A stretch of 64,000 nt of DNA. Source: Candidatus Micrarchaeota archaeon (lineage in GTDB: Archaea > Micrarchaeota > Micrarchaeia > Norongarragalinales > SBBD01). Positions within the stretch are counted from its first letter, which is position 1. Each line of letters starts with the position of its first letter. The stretch is taken from positions 64,001-128,000 of the forward strand of contig JAHJQN010000007.1 of the NCBI GenBank assembly GCA_018819225.1. Direction: 5' to 3'. Shown here piece by piece: positions 58,215 to 64,000 of the stretch. The notes under the pieces are model-generated. The model searched no databases. It saw nothing but the letters and a program-made list of their open reading frames with translations, and was not told the DNA's origin. The position numbers and the translations under genes are program-made.

Positions 58215-59897
58215 ATGGACAAACATCTGCGTCATGCGGCTCTGGGTCTATTGGTATTGCTGATTGCCGCCTATTCCGCAACCGCTTTAGAGATCAAGGC
58301 CTCCAGCGATTTGATCTACCTTTCTTCAACGGAAGGTCAAGCCTATGTTTACGCCACGAATCCGTTCGATGAACCGGCTACGATCAGTTTCTCCGCCACG
58401 AGCTCGTATCTAAACGCTTACTTTGACGCGCATACCACGCGCGTTCTCTCCGGCGCTTCTTCAGGTGCGCTATTGAATGTCCGCTCTCCGGATTGTTTCC
58501 GTGGAAACGATGTCGTGCGCGTATACGCACAAGTCTGCACCGACCGCGAATGCCGAAGCGATTCCACGACCATTCGCGTCACCGTAACGCCCGCACGCGC
58601 CTGCGATGCCTACGTTGAAGGCCTGGCGCCACAAGAGAGCTACGTTCCCCACACGCTTTGCGATGAAGACGGCTGCCGTTACTTGGTGCCGAAACCCCGC
58701 AGCAAGATCATTGAATCGACCTCGTTCGAACCCACGGAATACTCGGTCAGCATCCGCGACGCCGACGAATGTTTTTCCGTAAAACGCGGAACCGTCGAAT
58801 CCGTTCAACTCCAATTACGCAATCGCGGGGCTGCCGGAAGTTTTGATGTCCGCGCGCTCGGAGTCGACACGCAAATTTATGCCTCCCCGAATCGCGACTA
58901 CATTTCGCTATCGCGTTCTGGCGTTGATTCACTTCGCCTGGATCTGAAAGCCCTTCCCGATGCGGAAGAAGGCCGTCACTTCATTACCTTGCAATTGTTA
59001 CATCGCGCGGACCTCGTTGCCGAGACCGATCTCTGCATTAATCTGGTGGATGATCACGCGAGTCGCTTGTCGGCTCCTGAATCCGCGCTTGTCGATCCCA
59101 ATACGGAAACCCTTGTTGACGTAGAACTCGAGAATCTGGGAACCTACCGCGAGGGCTACCATATCATGCTCTTAGGCGTTCCGGGCGGCATTAACGTGGC
59201 CCCTCAAGGATTCTTCCTCGAACCCGGCGAAGTCCAAGAGCTATCCATCACGTTTACTCCGCGTGCCTTGAAAGCCAAGGAATCGGTTCTCGAGGTTATC
59301 GCGCTCGGCGACCATTCGGAAGCGCGCGCCAGCATTCATTTGACGCGCAAAGAAGCCGAGGTTCCCGCAACGATTTCCGAACCGTTGGAAAAGGAATCGG
59401 GGAACCAACTCTTCACGTACGCGATCATTGTCACGAACGAACTCGATGAATCATTACACGCTACTTTCGAGATCGAGGGATTGCCGGAAAACTGGAAAGC
59501 CACGCTTCCGGACGCATTTGACCTTCCTGCTAGAGGCGAAGTCGAAGTTCCCGTAGAAATCCGTTCGGGTTCCTCGGAAACCGCTCACCCCGTCTTGCTC
59601 GTCAAACGCGATGGTGAAGTCATTGGACGTCAACCCCTGCCAACTATTACGGGTTCTTCAAGCGGGCTCACGGGCTTCTTGACGATCGCGTTTTCGGAAG
59701 GCGGCCAGTTCATCGTGATCTTGCTGCTGATCGCGTTTCTCGTCATCCTCATGTTTTCGCGTCAAACCATGAATCAAGGCAGCGCGGAAAATCTGGCCAA
59801 CATCAAGAGCGAAGTCGACGGTGCTTCAACGGATCATAATTACCGTGCGGAGTTTTCTCAATCATTGCAGCGCATGAAAGACGGCATGAATCAATAA
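58215..59897 (+). CDS. Exported Ig-like repeat surface protein with C-terminal TM
   Basis: Signal peptide, repeated L.N.G and L.PGE Ig motifs, GLTGF then TM. Confidence 0.75.
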   Translation: MDKHLRHAALGLLVLLIAAYSATALEIKASSDLIYLSSTEGQAYVYATNPFDEPATISFSATSSYLNAYFDAHTTRVLSGASSGALLNVRSPDCFRGNDVVRVYAQVCTDRECRSDSTTIRVTVTPARACDAYVEGLAPQESYVPHTLCDEDGCRYLVPKPRSKIIESTSFEPTEYSVSIRDADECFSVKRGTVESVQLQLRNRGAAGSFDVRALGVDTQIYASPNRDYISLSRSGVDSLRLDLKALPDAEEGRHFITLQLLHRADLVAETDLCINLVDDHASRLSAPESALVDPNTETLVDVELENLGTYREGYHIMLLGVPGGINVAPQGFFLEPGEVQELSITFTPRALKAKESVLEVIALGDHSEARASIHLTRKEAEVPATISEPLEKESGNQLFTYAIIVTNELDESLHATFEIEGLPENWKATLPDAFDLPARGEVEVPVEIRSGSSETAHPVLLVKRDGEVIGRQPLPTITGSSSGLTGFLTIAFSEGGQFIVILLLIAFLVILMFSRQTMNQGSAENLANIKSEVDGASTDHNYRAEFSQSLQRMKDGMNQ

Positions 59898-59908
59898 GGT
59901 GGTAGCCG

Positions 59909-61069
59909 ATGGTCAAAACCCACACCAAAAACGTGGTCCACAACAGCTTGTCGGACATCGAGGCCACTCTCTCCAAGAACGTAGGCGCCCATCAATTGCG
60001 CGTCCATGAACACATGTCGGACGAAGAATTCAGAACCGTTTCCCGAAAATTGACGGAAGACATCCAAACCGGATTCGACGAAGCCAAAAAGCGTGCGTTC
60101 GAGGAAGGCTTTGCCGCTGGGGTCAAGAGTCATCAATCCACGATACGCGACGGCTTGTTAACGGCCATGGCTTCAGGCGAACTCCCCCGATCCAACGTTT
60201 CCGCTCGGAGTCCTCCAGTAGCCCCTCACAACGCGGAATCGTGCGAATCCGTTCGTGACGACCTGAAACGCGTCTTTAAAACCCTCTCTGAACAAATTGA
60301 AACGCTTTCAAACGATCTACAGAAACCTGCTTCTCCTTCCGATGCGCTCGAGTCCGTGTCTTTCGAGTTGGATCAAATCAAAAAGCGAACGCTCATTCAG
60401 CAAGAGGCGTTCGAAAATCTGTTATCCGAACAACGCGATCTGACCGTCCAACAAAATGCCAAGCTGGAAACCGTTTCGCGCATGCAGGAATCGTTGGATG
60501 CCAAGCTGTACGCGCTGACGTCCACGGAACAACAACTTCAAACGCTTTCTTCGCAACTCCAGTCCCAAAGCGATTCCCTTTCCCAGCTGCAACTTCATCG
60601 CGAAGAAGTGGAACGGGCACTGGAAGGAGCGGCCAACCGTCTCGACGAACTCCAGCAACGTTCACCCTCCGCGGGCGGAGAGGATTTGGGCGGCTTGCTC
60701 GACATGGTTTCCGACAATACGACGCGCGTGAATACGTTGAAACGCCAGTTGACCCGTTTCAGCAAGAAGATTTCGCGTCACGGTGCTCACATCACACGCG
60801 TCTATAAGCTGTCTGCTCGCCGGAAACAAACGCGGAATGCCATCCGGTCCGTGCGTCGACTGGCCGAAAAGAAAGCGACCAAAAAAAAGGCCGGCCGCAA
60901 GACCCAACCGAAAACGGTATCCAAAACCATCCGAACCGTTCGCACGATCAAGCGATCCGCTCGGAAAAAAACCGTGAAACCGCTAGCGCCCGCAAAAGCC
61001 ATTCCATCCAAGAATAAGATGGTCGTTGAAAAAACGACGGTCACCAAAACAACGGCGGGTACCCCCTAG
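59909..61069 (+). CDS. Coiled-coil protein with histone-H1-like basic C-tail
   Basis: Q/E/L heptads followed by a K/R/T/A-rich tail. Confidence 0.7.
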   Translation: MVKTHTKNVVHNSLSDIEATLSKNVGAHQLRVHEHMSDEEFRTVSRKLTEDIQTGFDEAKKRAFEEGFAAGVKSHQSTIRDGLLTAMASGELPRSNVSARSPPVAPHNAESCESVRDDLKRVFKTLSEQIETLSNDLQKPASPSDALESVSFELDQIKKRTLIQQEAFENLLSEQRDLTVQQNAKLETVSRMQESLDAKLYALTSTEQQLQTLSSQLQSQSDSLSQLQLHREEVERALEGAANRLDELQQRSPSAGGEDLGGLLDMVSDNTTRVNTLKRQLTRFSKKISRHGAHITRVYKLSARRKQTRNAIRSVRRLAEKKATKKKAGRKTQPKTVSKTIRTVRTIKRSARKKTVKPLAPAKAIPSKNKMVVEKTTVTKTTAGTP

Positions 61070-62040
61070 CGGTATTGAAGCGTTAAGCGTTCTTTCTGCA
61101 ATTCGCTCACAAACGTTTTCGCGAATCCCGTTCCGAATCCTGCAGACGTTCCGGATAGCCACTCCAACAACCCGCCTTGCGCCTTGAATTCGCAGAACGA
61201 AATCCCGTTCTCGCTATCCATTTCCGCCAGCTCCGCGGCTTTCTTTTCGGCTCGTGCCCTTCCCCCGATTTCATCCACCATACCGATACGCAACGCCTGC
61301 TTTGCCGTTAATATGCGCGCATCCAACACGTCCTCGTATCCCTCCGGATTCAGACGCTCACCGCGCGCGTTTCGCACGTCCTCCGCAAAATTATTGGCGG
61401 TTTCCCCGATGAGTTCTTCCATTAACGCTCTCTCCTCTTCCGTCATCTCACGATAACCCGCGCCAATGTCCTTCTTTTCACCGCTTTGAATGCTTTCCTG
61501 TTTCAACCCGATTTTCTCGAATAATTGCTCGTAGTTCAATAAGGTTGCGCGCGCTCCAATGGAGCCCGTAATCGTGTTCGGGTTCGCAATAATCGTGTGC
61601 GCCGGACTCGCCACATAATAGCCTCCGCTCGCGGCCACTTCCTTCAAGTACGCGACCACGGGCTTCTCGCTCTCCATCAACTCGTCATAAATTTCCTTGC
61701 TCGCGACCGCGCTGCCTCCTGGCGAGTTGATTTCAAACAGTATGGCGCCGACACGCGGATCCGCATTAGCGGTTTTGAATTGCTGCATAATCTCTTCCGC
61801 GGTATCCCCGCTTTCAAATAATCCGTTGCCGGGCCCGTACGTGATTTCTCCGTTCAATTGAATGCGCGCCACGCACGAGTTATCAAAACCGCCTACGCTC
61901 CCAACGATTAATCCGACGATGAAAATAGTGGCGAAGGCCACGACCGCAATAACGAGTAGCGTGCGCAAAAAGCTTTGCGGTTTAGGATTTTCCGACTTAT
62001 TCGCGTACTGTTTCAAACGAGGCGCGGACATGGAGCGCAT
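61066..62040 (-). CDS. sppA: Signal peptide peptidase SppA (S49)
   Basis: INSPGGS, AASGGYY, TGSIG, KDIG. Confidence 0.93.
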   Translation of the reverse strand: MRSMSAPRLKQYANKSENPKPQSFLRTLLVIAVVAFATIFIVGLIVGSVGGFDNSCVARIQLNGEITYGPGNGLFESGDTAEEIMQQFKTANADPRVGAILFEINSPGGSAVASKEIYDELMESEKPVVAYLKEVAASGGYYVASPAHTIIANPNTITGSIGARATLLNYEQLFEKIGLKQESIQSGEKKDIGAGYREMTEEERALMEELIGETANNFAEDVRNARGERLNPEGYEDVLDARILTAKQALRIGMVDEIGGRARAEKKAAELAEMDSENGISFCEFKAQGGLLEWLSGTSAGFGTGFAKTFVSELQKERLTLQYR

Positions 62041-62082
62041 TAGTGACTACCCATTATTATGTCTGTTGGTCTCCGCTTGAAC

Positions 62083-62487
62083 TTATCGGCGCTTCTTTAG
62101 TCGCGTGACGCGTTCGAGGAGTTTGCGGTGATGCTTGGTCACGCGTTCGTCGTATTCCTCGACAGGGAAAACAATTTTTCCGCTTTGGTATATGATGAGT
62201 GCGACGGTCGCGAGTCCCAACCAGAACACGAAGCCCGCCAGCGGGCCCATCATGACCCCGATGACATCCTCGTTACCAAATTCAAACGGAGCGGAAATCG
62301 CCCATCCGAACAACTGCGGGATCAAATTGGGATTCAATTGAGCGTAAACGATTTTGTTTGCGACGACGAAAATGCTGTACGAGGCTTCGGCGACCTTGAG
62401 CAAGGAGGCTGCAATGAGGAACGCGCCCGCGAGTTTCAGCAAGTGAACGCGCTGGCCGCCAATCTTGAACCACAGGATTCGGTACAT
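62083..62487 (-). CDS. Hypothetical membrane protein
   Basis: Two TM segments; GGTGA SD. Confidence 0.7.
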   Translation of the reverse strand: MYRILWFKIGGQRVHLLKLAGAFLIAASLLKVAEASYSIFVVANKIVYAQLNPNLIPQLFGWAISAPFEFGNEDVIGVMMGPLAGFVFWLGLATVALIIYQSGKIVFPVEEYDERVTKHHRKLLERVTRLKKRR

Positions 62488-62594
62488 AGGGGGATCTCAC
62501 CGATTGCATTACTCGAGGTCCGTATATAAAGATTACGATTTTCCCCATCTCTCTTGTTTGAAACCTTTTAATATCCCGTATCCGAAACGTTAAC

Positions 62595-64000
62595 ATGCGC
62601 TGGATCATTCGAAAGTCCGTGTGGCGTCCCATCCTCTTGCTTCTCCTATTTTTATTCAGCGCAGTCGTTATTGTTCAAGCGGAGTGGACGCATCGGTTGT
62701 CGGATGAGACCCGCGATCTTTCCATACCCGTTAGCAGCGCTATTGACATCAACAGCGAGCGCTGGCTGCGCGACGTCTACAGACCGTACACGCTCGTGGA
62801 ACGCGGCGACTACTTTTACGGAAGTGGACGTCCATGCCCCGGGGGAGGGGTTTGCCACACTTATTTCACGAAACACGATAAAGCGTGCGGAAACATTGTC
62901 TGGGGTTCGAATCCGGGCAATGCGCTCTACAACGTCGTTTCTCACAGCTACGACGTCGTCGCTCTTGGAAACCGCGTCTACAGTGTTTTGGGCGGTCAAT
63001 ATCCGAGCATCTATTACCTTGTCGAAATGGATGAAAGCAACGGCAACTTGATAGCGAATTACGAATTGGATAACATCGTGAATTACGCGGGAGTCTATCG
63101 GCTCGTGACCGACGGAACGCGCGTCTACGCCTTTACGAGTTCGGGTTCCGGGCGTGTCCGCGTGAAAGCCTTCAACCATAACACGAAAACGTTTGATTGG
63201 ACCATTGACTTTAACATTGATGATGTGAACAAGGGCGAGGTCAATTCCCAACCCGCCATCTTCCAAAACCAGCTCGTTTTCGTCGTGGATCACCATGAAG
63301 GCGGCGTAAACACTCATCACGGTCCCGCCACGTTATATTCCTTCAATAAAGATACGGGCGCTCCGCTCTGGAGCCAAGTCCTTCACAATTCGGCGGAAAA
63401 CGCGGCAACCGTTCAAATCGTTGTTCACAATAACAAAATCTTTTTGGATCGAAGACGTTCAGGTTATTGGGACAAGCTTTCCTCTTACAATCCCTTGAAC
63501 AACGGCGCATTGCTTTGGGGACCGTTCGACGATCTCGGAACGAATCTTGCCGCTTACAATAACCTATTGTATGCTCGGATTCCCGGAGCCCAAGGCGTTC
63601 GGGCATTGAACGCGAACACGGGTAGCGTCATTTGGACGAATTCAGGTACCGACTGCGACTGGGGCCTGGTCTATTTGGCTGGTCCCAACGAACTGATTTG
63701 CATGCACCGGCATACCGCTACCTCGGTGTACTTGATTCGCGTGGACGCCAGCGACGGCGACGCCATCGACACGACGGGTTTGATTCAATATAGCTCCAGC
63801 ACTTTTGTTAGCAATGAATTGTTTGTGTTTTCCCCTGCAGACCCCTTCTTGCTTTTCCATTATCAGAACGGATTGGGTTCCGTTGGCGGTTCAACGCCTG
63901 ACATCACCAGCATCTCGGTCAGCCCGCCATCCGCAACGGTTCCCGTATTCGGCACGCGCCAGTTTACGGCGACGTGCGTGACCGAATGCGGTGATACTAT
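62595..64000 (+). CDS. Secreted PQQ-like beta-propeller protein with Ig-like domain (partial)
   Basis: Not in track: MRWIIRKSVWRPILLLLLFLFSAVVIVQA, then NKDTGAPLW and ALNANTGSVIW repeats, and SVSPPSATV...QFTATC. Confidence 0.75.
   Translation, partial: MRWIIRKSVWRPILLLLLFLFSAVVIVQAEWTHRLSDETRDLSIPVSSAIDINSERWLRDVYRPYTLVERGDYFYGSGRPCPGGGVCHTYFTKHDKACGNIVWGSNPGNALYNVVSHSYDVVALGNRVYSVLGGQYPSIYYLVEMDESNGNLIANYELDNIVNYAGVYRLVTDGTRVYAFTSSGSGRVRVKAFNHNTKTFDWTIDFNIDDVNKGEVNSQPAIFQNQLVFVVDHHEGGVNTHHGPATLYSFNKDTGAPLWSQVLHNSAENAATVQIVVHNNKIFLDRRRSGYWDKLSSYNPLNNGALLWGPFDDLGTNLAAYNNLLYARIPGAQGVRALNANTGSVIWTNSGTDCDWGLVYLAGPNELICMHRHTATSVYLIRVDASDGDAIDTTGLIQYSSSTFVSNELFVFSPADPFLLFHYQNGLGSVGGSTPDITSISVSPPSATVPVFGTRQFTATCVTECGDT

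Noticed and set aside
62652-63320. Antisense ORFs such as 62652-63320, 51673-52392, 21247-22014 and 11941-12684
   Set aside because: Shadows of well-supported genes, with no motifs of their own

Overview
Chromosomal segment of an archaeon, most likely DPANN (Micrarchaeota/Iainarchaeota-like; inferred from gene repertoire, not a database result). Housekeeping genes: rsmA/dim1, split Hef (separate helicase and ERCC4 nuclease), histone, minD, ssb, ABCE1, the psmA-SBDS-rrp4-rrp41-rrp42-rpl37ae superoperon, srp54, leuS, rnhB, secDF, an ECF transporter, fibrillarin and sppA. Also a glycogen operon, large surface proteins, pilins and a duplicated PEP-utilising swivel-domain gene with one decayed copy. 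Three of four tRNAs carry BHB introns, two introns at non-canonical positions. Best candidate for an undescribed system: an AT-rich locus at ~5.7-6.4 kb with about 8 partly phased 16-bp palindromes (TGCnTCACGTGAnGCA, resembling bacterial parS) where strand skew flips, close to histone, minD and a protamine-like gene. Second: an unassigned ~237-nt structured RNA beside phoU. All calls are by eye; no searches or folding software were run.
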